This document shows, one piece after another, positions 24,319 through 32,000 of a stretch of 32,000 nt of DNA. The notes under the pieces were generated by a model. It saw only the letters and a list, made by a program, of their open reading frames with translations. It made no database searches and was not told the origin of the DNA. The position numbers and the translations under genes are program-made. Positions within the stretch are counted from its first letter, which is position 1. Each line of letters begins with the position of its first letter. Source of the stretch: Ruminococcus albus 7 = DSM 20455 (GTDB lineage: Bacteria; Bacillota; Clostridia; Oscillospirales; Ruminococcaceae). The stretch covers positions 60,001 to 92,000 of the forward strand of contig NC_014833.1 in NCBI RefSeq assembly GCF_000179635.2, written 5' to 3'.

Positions 24319-25893
24319 TCAGATCATGGAATCTTCCCAGCAAGCAGGTGCTTCGATACCGAATATCTTCAGTACAGTAGGCGCTACGTTAGCAAGACCG
24401 TACTTCTCGCTGTCAGCATCCTTGATCTCGTACTTGTCCTTGCTTACGATGTAGAAAGGAACTCTGTTCAGGGAGTGAGCAGTTCTTACATTGATCTCAC
24501 CCTTCTTGTTCTTCTCCAGCATCTCGTCAGCGTTGCCGTGGTCAGCTGTGATGAGTACAGTGTAGCCGTATTCCTCAGCGACCTTCAGCAGTCTTGTCAG
24601 ACCCAGATCAACAGACTCAACACCGATGATAGTAGCGTCCATAGAACCTGTGTGGCCAACCATGTCACCGTTGGGGAAGTTGCATCTGATGAAGTCATAC
24701 TTGCCGCTCTTGACAGCCTCGATCAGGTCGTCGGTGATCTCAGCGGACTTCATCCAGGGTCTCTGGTCGAAGGAAACCTTATCGGAGGGGATCTCCTTCC
24801 AGTCCTCGGAAGCGAACTTTTCGCTTCTGTTGCCGTTCCAGAAATATGTAACGTGACCGTACTTCTGTGTTTCGGATACAGCGTAGGACTTCAGACCTGC
24901 CTTCTCCAGTACCTCGCTCATAGTATCCTTGATCTCGGGAGGATTTACAAGGTACTTGTTGGGGATGTGGAGGTCGCCGTCATATTCCAGCATACCTGCG
25001 TAGATAACGTCGGGCTTAGCGCCTCTGTCGAAGTATGTGAACTCATCGCCGCCGTCGAATGCCATAGAAAGCTCGATAGCTCTGTCGCCGCGGAAGTTGA
25101 AGAGTACAACGCTGTCGCCGTCAACTATCTTGCCGACAGGAGCGCCGTTCTCAGCGATAACGAATGCAGGAAGATCCTGGTCGATAGCGCCTGTCTCGTT
25201 TCTGAGAGTCTCAACAGCTTCAAGAGCGTTAGCAAACTGTCTGCCCTCGCCCTTTACGTGAGTTTCCCAGCCGAGCTTTACCATATCCCAGTCAGCCTGA
25301 TATCTGTCCATGGTGACCTTCATTCTTCCGCCGCCGGAAGCGATCTTAGCATCGAATGTAGCGTCATTCAGCTCAGCCATGCACTTCTCCAGATCCTCGA
25401 TGTAGATGGGAGCGCTTGTTGCGGGAACATCTCTGCCGTCCAGGAGTACGTGTACTCTTACCTTAGCGGCGCCCTGCTCCTTAGCCTTAGCTATCATCTT
25501 CTTCAGGTGAGAGATGTTGGAATGAACGTTACCGTCGGAAAGCAGACCGATGAAGTGAAGAGTGCTGCTCTTGGTCTTAACGTTGTTTACCAGTTCGTTC
25601 CAAGTCTCGGAAGCGAACATCTTGCCGCTCTCGATGGACTCGTTAACGAGCTTAGCACCCTGAGAATAGATCTGACCGCAGCCAAGTGCGTTATGACCTA
25701 CCTCGGAGTTGCCCATATCGTCATCGGTAGGCAGACCAACTGCACTGCCGTGAGCTTTCAGTGTGGTATAGGGACATTCTTTTTTCAGTCTGTCCAGTGT
25801 AGGTGTGTTAGCCTCGGTAACAGCGTCACCGAGATGTGTAACGGAAATACCGATACCGTCCATTACAACGAGGATTACTTTTTTGTTAGACAT
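24319..25893 (-). CDS. gpmI: 2,3-bisphosphoglycerate-independent phosphoglycerate mutase
   Basis: The product is 524 aa. It shows MDGIG...NSEVGHNALG, the alkaline-phosphatase-superfamily core and ITADHGNAD near the C-terminus. An AAAGGA RBS is present. Confidence 0.95.
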   Translation of the reverse strand: MSNKKVILVVMDGIGISVTHLGDAVTEANTPTLDRLKKECPYTTLKAHGSAVGLPTDDDMGNSEVGHNALGCGQIYSQGAKLVNESIESGKMFASETWNELVNNVKTKSSTLHFIGLLSDGNVHSNISHLKKMIAKAKEQGAAKVRVHVLLDGRDVPATSAPIYIEDLEKCMAELNDATFDAKIASGGGRMKVTMDRYQADWDMVKLGWETHVKGEGRQFANALEAVETLRNETGAIDQDLPAFVIAENGAPVGKIVDGDSVVLFNFRGDRAIELSMAFDGGDEFTYFDRGAKPDVIYAGMLEYDGDLHIPNKYLVNPPEIKDTMSEVLEKAGLKSYAVSETQKYGHVTYFWNGNRSEKFASEDWKEIPSDKVSFDQRPWMKSAEITDDLIEAVKSGKYDFIRCNFPNGDMVGHTGSMDATIIGVESVDLGLTRLLKVAEEYGYTVLITADHGNADEMLEKNKKGEINVRTAHSLNRVPFYIVSKDKYEIKDADSEKYGLANVAPTVLKIFGIEAPACWEDSMI

Positions 25894-25911
25894 ATTTTAA
25901 GTCCTTTCTGT

Positions 25912-25924
25912 ATATATTACCGAA
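25912..25924 (-). promoter_or_regulatory. Shared 13-nt motif TTCGGTAATATAT (minus-strand reading) upstream of gpmI
   Basis: There is an identical 13-mer at 26825-26837, upstream of gpmA. It contains a TAATAT -10-like hexamer. I see no convincing -35 box. Confidence 0.35.
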
Positions 25925-25995
25925 TCGTCTGCCAAGCGCCCCCGCCGCAGCGGGGGACCCGACAGCCCTTCGGCCTTAAAATTCAGCCGAAACTG

Positions 25996-26745
25996 TTACT
26001 TTGCTTTGCCCTGATTTGCCACACTGTTCATTTTTGCAGCAAGCTCATCGGGGTCGCACAGATACTCCTTGCCGATCACGTTGAATTCGTCATCAAATTC
26101 ATATACCAGCGGTGTTGCCGTAGGTATATTCACATTGATTATCTCCTCATCGCTGAGACCGTCAAAGTACTTTACCAAAGCTCTCAGGCTGTTGCCGTGA
26201 GCTGCTATCACCACACGTCTGCCCGATTTTATCTGAGGTTTTATCTCCTCTTCAAAGTAGGGAACAGCTCTGGCGATGGTATCCTTGAGACTTTCCTGCA
26301 AAGGTAACTCTGCGGGATCTTCCTCGCGGTACTTCGGGTCCTTCTTCGGATTCCTTTCGTCATCCTCGGTTAGTGCCATCGGAGGGATATCAAAGGATCT
26401 TCTCCAGATCTTCACCTGCTCCTCGCCGTATTTAGTGGCAGTTTCGCTTTTGTTCAGACCCTGGAGAGCGCCGTAGTGCCTTTCGTTGAGCCTCCAGCTC
26501 TTAACTACGGGCAGCCACTCTCTGTCCATCTCGGCCAGTACATTGTTGAGGGTATGTATAGCTCTTTTGAGGTATGAGGTATAGCAGATATCAAAGTCAT
26601 AGCCTGCCTCTTTCAAGACCTTGCCGGCCTTCTTTGCTTCCTCAACACCTGCCTCGCTCAGCTCAACATCAGTCCAGCCCGTGAACTTGTTCTCCTTGTT
26701 CCACTCGCTTTCGCCGTGGCGGATGAGTACCAGTTTCATGCTCAT
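25996..26745 (-). CDS. gpmA: 2,3-bisphosphoglycerate-dependent phosphoglycerate mutase
   Basis: [36 protein letters not shown] and [10 protein letters not shown] are present. The length is 249 aa, with a Lys-rich C-terminal tail typical of dPGM. Confidence 0.9.
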   Translation of the reverse strand: MSMKLVLIRHGESEWNKENKFTGWTDVELSEAGVEEAKKAGKVLKEAGYDFDICYTSYLKRAIHTLNNVLAEMDREWLPVVKSWRLNERHYGALQGLNKSETATKYGEEQVKIWRRSFDIPPMALTEDDERNPKKDPKYREEDPAELPLQESLKDTIARAVPYFEEEIKPQIKSGRRVVIAAHGNSLRALVKYFDGLSDEEIINVNIPTATPLVYEFDDEFNVIGKEYLCDPDELAAKMNSVANQGKAK

Positions 26746-26824
26746 ATTAAATTGTCCTTTCGTTTATCTCACTGTCCGCGCATGAAGGACAGCGGGATAC
26801 TTATTTATAATAAATGCTTTGCGC

Positions 26825-26837
26825 ATATATTACCGAA
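26825..26837 (-). promoter_or_regulatory. Shared 13-nt motif TTCGGTAATATAT upstream of gpmA
   Basis: It is an exact copy of 25912-25924 and lies about 80 nt upstream of the gpmA start. Confidence 0.35.
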
Positions 26838-26886
26838 AACAAATAAGAATTAAATATACACCGTAGGGTGTGAAGTTCAGATGCTG

Positions 26887-27381
26887 TCAATCCAGATCTG
26901 AAAATCTCTGTCTGCAAACGGCATAAGCCATAAGCATGAAGATAAATGCTGCAAGGTTTGCCCAGCCGCAATACTCCATCACGCGGAAATGCGCTGTTGT
27001 GAATGCTTTGTAATCAGCGCCAAGGCTTGCGTGAGCCTTTATGACGTTTGAGTATAATAACCTGTAGACTACCGTAGATGCAGGGAGCATCAGGAACGAC
27101 AGTATGCCGATTATCAGCGGATCCATATCCTTGTCCATCATCAGTTTCAGCAGGAACCATAAGATGAAGTAAAGTATGATACCGCCGAACAGTACTCCTG
27201 TCAGTGTTTTGTCAGGATCTATGGCAGGGATCTCACTTATATCGAGATCGAACAGCTTTATCAGCGTGTTGTCATATACCGCAGGACGGAAGATCAACAG
27301 CACTGTTATCAAAAACATATATATCACTTCGGATACTACCGAGAGTGTCATAAGTCTGCGAAGAAGTCTGCTTCTTTTCAT
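26887..27381 (-). CDS. Integral membrane protein of unknown function
   Basis: The 164-aa product has four hydrophobic segments. A GAGGTG RBS is present. It lies between the tpiA terminator and gpmA. Confidence 0.6.
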   Translation of the reverse strand: MKRSRLLRRLMTLSVVSEVIYMFLITVLLIFRPAVYDNTLIKLFDLDISEIPAIDPDKTLTGVLFGGIILYFILWFLLKLMMDKDMDPLIIGILSFLMLPASTVVYRLLYSNVIKAHASLGADYKAFTTAHFRVMEYCGWANLAAFIFMLMAYAVCRQRFSDLD

Positions 27382-27434
27382 AATGAATACACCTCATAAT
27401 TTACGTATAAGATCTATCCCCAAAAAACTCTATG

Positions 27435-27459
27435 AAAAAGGGGCGGGCTGACCCGCCCC
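27435..27459 (-). terminator. Terminator of tpiA
   Basis: GGGGCGGG (27440-27447) pairs with CCCGCCCC (27452-27459). On the minus-strand RNA, TTTTT follows. Confidence 0.8.
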
Positions 27460-27482
27460 CCGATGTGAAGCAAAAATAATTA

Positions 27483-28259
27483 TTAGCCGTTTACAGCTGC
27501 CTGTACGATAGTGTTGAAGTCAGCAGCCTTCAGTGAAGCGCCGCCGATAAGACCGCCGTCAACGTTCTCCTTGCTGAGCAGCTCAGCAGCGTTGCCTGCG
27601 TTCATGGATCCGCCGTACTGGATAGTAACTGCCTGAGCGGTAGCTTCGTCATACAGCTTAGCAAGTGTAGCTCTGATGAATGCGCAAACTTCCTCAGCCT
27701 GGTCAGCAGTAGCAGTCTTGCCTGTGCCGATAGCCCATACAGGCTCATAAGCGATAACAGTCTTCTTAACGTCCTCTGCAGATACGTCGAAGAGATCCAG
27801 CTTGATCTGACGAGCGATAACTTCCTCAGTGATGTTGCACTCACGCTCCCAGAGCAGCTCGCCTACGCAAACGATAGGCTTCAGACCTGCAGCCAGAGCA
27901 GCCTTTGTTCTCTTGTTAACAGTCTCATCAGTCTCACCGAAGTACTGTCTTCTCTCGGAGTGACCGAGAACAACGTACTCAACGCCCAGCTCTGTCAGCA
28001 TATCAGCGGATATCTCACCAGTGAAAGCGCCGCTCTTCTCGAAGTGAACGTTCTCAGCGCCTACCTTTACGTTAGAGCCTGCAGTAACATTTACAGCAGT
28101 TTCCAGGTTGGTGAAAGGTACGCAAGCGATGACCTCAACGTTGCCCTCTGCATTTGCTACGAGGGGCTTGATAGCCTCCAGCAGTTCCTTAGCCTCGGGA
28201 CGGGTCTTGTTCATCTTCCAGTTACCTGCGATGATAGCTTTTCTTACGGATTTCTTCAT
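27483..28259 (-). CDS. tpiA: Triosephosphate isomerase
   Basis: AGNWKMNKT, VLGHSERR and AYEPVWAIGTGKTAT are present. The start is at the ATG at 28259, with an AAGGAG RBS. The track extension to 28337 overlaps the promoter. Confidence 0.95.
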   Translation of the reverse strand: MKKSVRKAIIAGNWKMNKTRPEAKELLEAIKPLVANAEGNVEVIACVPFTNLETAVNVTAGSNVKVGAENVHFEKSGAFTGEISADMLTELGVEYVVLGHSERRQYFGETDETVNKRTKAALAAGLKPIVCVGELLWERECNITEEVIARQIKLDLFDVSAEDVKKTVIAYEPVWAIGTGKTATADQAEEVCAFIRATLAKLYDEATAQAVTIQYGGSMNAGNAAELLSKENVDGGLIGGASLKAADFNTIVQAAVNG

Positions 28260-28308
28260 TGTAAAAAACTCCTTTATATTTGAGATAAGATTAAAACCTA
28301 CATTGATA

Positions 28309-28337
28309 ATTATACAACAATAGCGGTTCAATGTCAA
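28309..28337 (-). promoter_or_regulatory. Consensus sigma-A promoter of tpiA
   Basis: On the minus strand: TTGACA (28332-28337), a 17-nt spacer, and TATAAT (28309-28314). Confidence 0.75.
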
Positions 28338-28356
28338 TGCTTACGGCAAAATTTAT

Positions 28357-28389
28357 AACAAAACGGCGCTCCCCTTCCGGAAAGTGCCG
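28357..28389 (-). terminator. Terminator of mnmE
   Basis: CGGCGCT (28364-28370) pairs with AGTGCCG (28383-28389). On the minus-strand RNA, TTTTGTT follows. Confidence 0.6.
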
Positions 28390-28433
28390 TGTGGTCATAA
28401 ACAGTATGTGACTGAATATTGTTTGATGCTTTG

Positions 28434-29801
28434 TTATTTTCCGACGCAGAATTTTGAGAATACCTCAGCTACTACTGCTTCGGTGGCTTTTTCGCCTGTG
28501 AGTTCAAGCAGAGAATCCGCTGCGAAATCTACCATAACAGTTACAGCATCGAGGGTTTCGCCCATATCGAGGGCTTCAAGTGCGGCTTTAAGATTCGTGT
28601 GTGCTTTGTCAAGACACTGCTTCTGCCTTTCGTTGGCGAATATGGTGCTGTTTGCATCATAATTTTCGGGTGTGAATATCTTTTCCACAGCTGCTTGTAT
28701 CTGTGCCCTGTCATCGCGGTTCTTTGCGGATATGTAAACTATATTCTCACTGTAACCCCTGAAAAAGCCTTCATCAACCGCGCTTTCAAGGTCGGATTTG
28801 TTCAGCACGATAAGACTTCTTTTGCCCGATGCCTTTACCTTTTCAAGCAGGGCGATATCGTCCTCGTCGGGGCGTACGGAAGTATCGAATACCTCGATAA
28901 CGAACATACACTCATCAAGGCGCTTTTCAGCCATTTCAACGCCTATCTTTTCCACCCTGTCTTCTGTATCGCGTATGCCTGCGGTATCCGAAAGCCTGAA
29001 TACCAGTTCGCCAAGCTTTGCGCTTTCTTCAATGACATCTCGGGTCGTGCCTGCCACCTCTGTTACTATTGAACGGTCATATCCCAGCAGAAGATTCATC
29101 AGGGTAGATTTACCCACATTCGGCTTGCCTGCGATAACAGTGTCTATGCCCTGCTTTATCAGCATACCGTTATCGTGGTCAGCGATAAGCTTACCTGTTA
29201 CTGACAGTGCTTTCCCGATACTTTCGCGGAGGGCAGTTTCTTCAACTGCGGGTAGGTCTTCCTCGGGATAATCCACCCATGCCGCCAGTTCTCCCAGAAG
29301 CTTTACAAGGTCGCCTGTGACTTCATGGATCTGCCCGAAAAGACTGCCCTGTCTTGTGAGATTTGCCGAAGCAAGGGCATATTCGCCCTGTGCGGCTATG
29401 GTATCCATAACAGCTTCAGCCTGAGTAAGTGAAAGCTTGCCGTTCAGCATCGCCCTCTTTGTGAACTCGCCTGCCTGTGCAGGTTCACAGCCGTTTTCAA
29501 GACAAAGTCTCAGCACTTTTTTAGTGACATATATACCGCCGTGACAGGATATCTCGCAGACATCCTCGCCTGTATATGAATGGGGCGCACGGAAAACAGT
29601 CAGCACGCCGTCATCAACGGTCTTGTCACCGTCATGTATCTGACCGTAGGCGCAGGTGTAGCCCTGCATTTTTTCAACACTCTCACAGGTGAAAGGTTTG
29701 AAAACTTCAGCCGCGCAGTTTATCGCATTCTCGCCGCTTATTCTTATAACAGATATACCGCCCTCGGCAAGGGGGGGCGATATTGCACATACTGTTGACA
29801 T
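28434..29801 (-). CDS. mnmE: tRNA modification GTPase MnmE (TrmE)
   Basis: The G-domain motifs GKPNVGKST and DTAGIR and the C-terminal FCVGK (CxGK) are present. The start is at the ATG at 29801, with a GAGGAG RBS 7 nt upstream. Confidence 0.9.
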   Translation of the reverse strand: MSTVCAISPPLAEGGISVIRISGENAINCAAEVFKPFTCESVEKMQGYTCAYGQIHDGDKTVDDGVLTVFRAPHSYTGEDVCEISCHGGIYVTKKVLRLCLENGCEPAQAGEFTKRAMLNGKLSLTQAEAVMDTIAAQGEYALASANLTRQGSLFGQIHEVTGDLVKLLGELAAWVDYPEEDLPAVEETALRESIGKALSVTGKLIADHDNGMLIKQGIDTVIAGKPNVGKSTLMNLLLGYDRSIVTEVAGTTRDVIEESAKLGELVFRLSDTAGIRDTEDRVEKIGVEMAEKRLDECMFVIEVFDTSVRPDEDDIALLEKVKASGKRSLIVLNKSDLESAVDEGFFRGYSENIVYISAKNRDDRAQIQAAVEKIFTPENYDANSTIFANERQKQCLDKAHTNLKAALEALDMGETLDAVTVMVDFAADSLLELTGEKATEAVVAEVFSKFCVGK

Positions 29802-29891
29802 TCTGTCACTCCTCTTGATTTTCATGGATAAGTTTAGATCCCAAATAATAGCTGCTTGGCGTACTGCAAATATTCCACGCTCTATGTGGTA

Positions 29892-31754
29892 TCACTTTAT
29901 AGTCTCCAGATATACCAGCAGTACATTTATATCAGCAGGGTTAACACCGCTGATACGGCTTGCCTGTCCCACGGAGAGCGGACGTATCTTTGCCAGCTTC
30001 TCAGCCGCTTCAAGACGCAGTGAGCCTACCTTTGAATAGTCGATATTTTCGGGTATCTTCTTGTTCTCCAGCTTTCGCATAGCCGCAACCTGTTCCAGCT
30101 GTATCTTGATATAGCCCTCGTACTTTATAGTGAGCTCCACCTGCTCGCAAACATCATCGGGCAGTTCGGGGCGCTCGGGGTCGATGAATGCAAGACCCTT
30201 GTATGTCAACTGAGGGCGGCGTATCAGCTGTGTCAGCTTTATGCCGTTGTTTATGGGGTCTGTACCCTGTGATACAAGATACTCGTTCAGTTCCTCCGAG
30301 GGTGCTATGTTTATGGCAGATACACGCTTTACCTCAGCCTCTATCTGCTCTTTCTTCTTTGTGAATGCGGCATATCTCTCGTCGCTTATAAGCCCTACCC
30401 TGTGACCTGTTTCGGTAAGTCTGAGGTCGGCATTGTCCTGCCTCAGCAGAAGTCTGTATTCGCTTCGGCTGGTAAGCATACGGTAAGGGTCGGATACTCC
30501 CTTTGTGCAGAGGTCGTCCACCAGTGTGCCGATGTAGCTGCTTGCGCGGTCGAGAACCATAGGTTCTTCGCCTTTCAGTTTCAGTGCGGCGTTTATGCCC
30601 GCCACAAGACCCTGCGCGGCGGCTTCCTCGTAGCCAGAGGTGCCGTTGAACTGTCCTGCTCCGTAAATGCCGTGGAATTCTTTGAATTCAAGGGTGGGCA
30701 GAAGGTCGTTGGGGTCACAGCAATCGTATTCGATAGCATAGGCATTACGCATTATCTCAACATTTTCAAGACCCTTTATCGTCCGCAGGAATTTCAGCTG
30801 AACATCAACAGGCAGAGATGAACTCATGCCCTGGAGATAGTATTCTTCTGTATCAAGACCCATAGGCTCGATAAAAAGCTGATGTCTTGGCTTATCGGAG
30901 AAACGCATTATCTTGTCCTCAATGGACGGACAGTACCTTGGACCTATGGCGTGTATACGTCCCGAATATATGGGCGAAAGATGTATGTTGTCCATGATGA
31001 CCTTGTGGGTTTCTGCGTTGGTGTATGCCACATAGCAGTCCACTTTGTTTTCGGGCGGAACTTCATTGGTAAATGAAAATGGCTGTATATCCTCATCACC
31101 ATGCTGAACTTCCAGCTTGTCAAAATCTATGGAACGCTTGTGAACTCTTGCAGGAGTACCTGTCTTGAAGCGGCGCAAAGTCATACCTGCCTCTTTCAGA
31201 CTGTCGGAAAGTCTGCGTGCAGGCAGTACCGAATCGGGGCCGCTTGCGTAGGTGGTGGTACCTACGTGTATCTCACCGTTGAGGTAAGTTCCGCTGGCGA
31301 TTATAACCGCCCTGCAGCCGTATTCAACACCGAGATGTGTACGCACACCGCGGACAGTCTTGCCGTCATCTTCAAACAGCACGTCGGTTATCTCAGCCTG
31401 TTTCAGGTACAGACCCTCGGTATCCTCTATGGTCTTTTTCATAAGGTTGTGATATGCCATACGGTCTATCTGCGCACGCAGACTGTGTACCGCAGGACCT
31501 TTTCCGCGGTTCAGCATCCTGCTTTGTATGAGGGTCTTATCCGCTGCCCTGCCCATCTCGCCGCCGAGTGCGTCTATCTCGCGTACAAGATGACCCTTGG
31601 CGGTACCGCCTATCGACGGGTTACACGGCATATTCGCCACTGCATCCAGGGTTATGGTGAACAGTGCTGTTTTAAGACCAAGCCTTGCCCCTGCCAGCGC
31701 AGCCTCACAGCCCGCATGACCTGCGCCTATAACGATTATATCAAAATTTTCCAT
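29892..31754 (-). CDS. mnmG: tRNA uridine 5-carboxymethylaminomethyl modification enzyme MnmG (GidA)
   Basis: The FAD-binding N-terminus is FDIIVIGAGHAGCEAA, and IGPRYCPSIEDK and GQFNGTSGYEEAAAQG are present. The length is 620 aa. Confidence 0.95.
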   Translation of the reverse strand: MENFDIIVIGAGHAGCEAALAGARLGLKTALFTITLDAVANMPCNPSIGGTAKGHLVREIDALGGEMGRAADKTLIQSRMLNRGKGPAVHSLRAQIDRMAYHNLMKKTIEDTEGLYLKQAEITDVLFEDDGKTVRGVRTHLGVEYGCRAVIIASGTYLNGEIHVGTTTYASGPDSVLPARRLSDSLKEAGMTLRRFKTGTPARVHKRSIDFDKLEVQHGDEDIQPFSFTNEVPPENKVDCYVAYTNAETHKVIMDNIHLSPIYSGRIHAIGPRYCPSIEDKIMRFSDKPRHQLFIEPMGLDTEEYYLQGMSSSLPVDVQLKFLRTIKGLENVEIMRNAYAIEYDCCDPNDLLPTLEFKEFHGIYGAGQFNGTSGYEEAAAQGLVAGINAALKLKGEEPMVLDRASSYIGTLVDDLCTKGVSDPYRMLTSRSEYRLLLRQDNADLRLTETGHRVGLISDERYAAFTKKKEQIEAEVKRVSAINIAPSEELNEYLVSQGTDPINNGIKLTQLIRRPQLTYKGLAFIDPERPELPDDVCEQVELTIKYEGYIKIQLEQVAAMRKLENKKIPENIDYSKVGSLRLEAAEKLAKIRPLSVGQASRISGVNPADINVLLVYLETIK

Positions 31755-31796
31755 ACGGTCTGCTCCTAACGATAATATATCAAACTCTCTTATCCC

Positions 31797-31826
31797 AAAA
31801 AACGCCGCACCACTTACAGGCGCGGC
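31797..31826 (-). terminator. Terminator of the gene upstream of mnmG
   Basis: The minus-strand RNA reads GCCGCGCC-loop-GGTGCGGC (31804-31826) followed by GTTTTTTGGG. Confidence 0.7.
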
Positions 31827-31929
31827 AGTTATTTCATATACTTGAAGTCATAAAGATATACAGAACGTCTTTATCACAAATTCCCCGCCCTTGCGGACGG
31901 GGGATCTGTACTGTAATGTTTTATATCTC

Positions 31930-32000
31930 TTACTTTGTGGGCACCAGCTTGTCCTTGCCGCCCATGTACATTCTGAGAGGTTCGGGGATAGATACTGTGC
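31930..32000 (-). CDS. 3' end of an unidentified gene continuing beyond the window
   Basis: The frame is open from the window edge to the TAA at 31930-31932 (...TVSIPEPLRMYMGGKDKLVPTK*), and two hairpins follow. It is too short to assign. Confidence 0.3.
   Translation of the reverse strand, partial: TVSIPEPLRMYMGGKDKLVPTK

Noticed and set aside
24475-26307. A 610-aa ORF on the plus strand spanning gpmI and part of gpmA.
   Set aside because: It is entirely antisense to two genes with unmistakable homology. Its translation is low-complexity and rich in V/L/S/C with no recognisable motif, and it has no RBS. Long antisense ORFs are common opposite genes with strong codon bias.
28434-31754. The mnmG-then-mnmE gene order, which is the reverse of the Bacillus thdF-gidA order, with no rsmG or jag adjacent.
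   Set aside because: This is only a synteny variation of two housekeeping genes with normal sequences. It does not indicate a new function.
1-32000. A search for CRISPR arrays, tRNA/rRNA genes, integrases or transposases, and phage or toxin-antitoxin modules.
   Set aside because: I saw no regularly spaced direct repeats, no tRNA T-arm/acceptor signatures, and no recombinase-like ORFs in either strand's track. The only dispersed repeat is the palindromic element reported above.

Overview
This is a chromosomal window from a low-to-mid-GC Firmicute of the Clostridia. A Ruminococcus-like, plant-fibre-degrading organism is my guess, based on spo0A plus a GH11-CBM-CE4 xylanase; that is inference only. 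Most of the window is housekeeping: the end of the alpha ribosomal operon (rpsD-rpoA-rplQ), a stand-alone rplJ-rplL unit, comEB, cysK, clpB, tpiA, tandem gpmA and gpmI, and mnmG-mnmE. Between these sit accessory-looking genes: four lipoproteins of unknown function (two are tandem paralogues, one is strongly AT-rich), a secreted Ser/Ala-rich surface protein with a non-LPXTG C-terminal tail, a lipoprotein GH11 xylanase/esterase, an ABC ATPase without a permease, a DHHW/AlgJ-like protein, a GtrA-like protein, a maltose-type O-acetyltransferase, and a self-contained cheR-cheB-cheW operon. I found no tRNA, rRNA, CRISPR array, transposase or integrase. The points most worth a second look are: (1) two diverged copies of a roughly 270-285 bp nested-palindrome, MITE-like element (3005-3287 and 22453-22721), the second of which supplies a gene's terminator; (2) spo0A split into receiver and DNA-binding ORFs by a single-frame shift in the linker; (3) the three-gene che module with no cheA, cheY or MCP nearby and a CheB receiver domain that looks degenerate; (4) a 30%-GC membrane-protein ORF wedged between an atypically long RHH-domain protein gene and clpB; (5) a duplicated promoter/operator block with two TTATCAGATAA palindromes in front of a lipoprotein-lipoprotein-dCMP deaminase operon; and (6) tandem dPGM and iPGM genes that share a 13-nt upstream motif. 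I cannot demonstrate a defined novel multi-gene system from sequence alone. The candidates are hypotheses, each listed with an explicit test.
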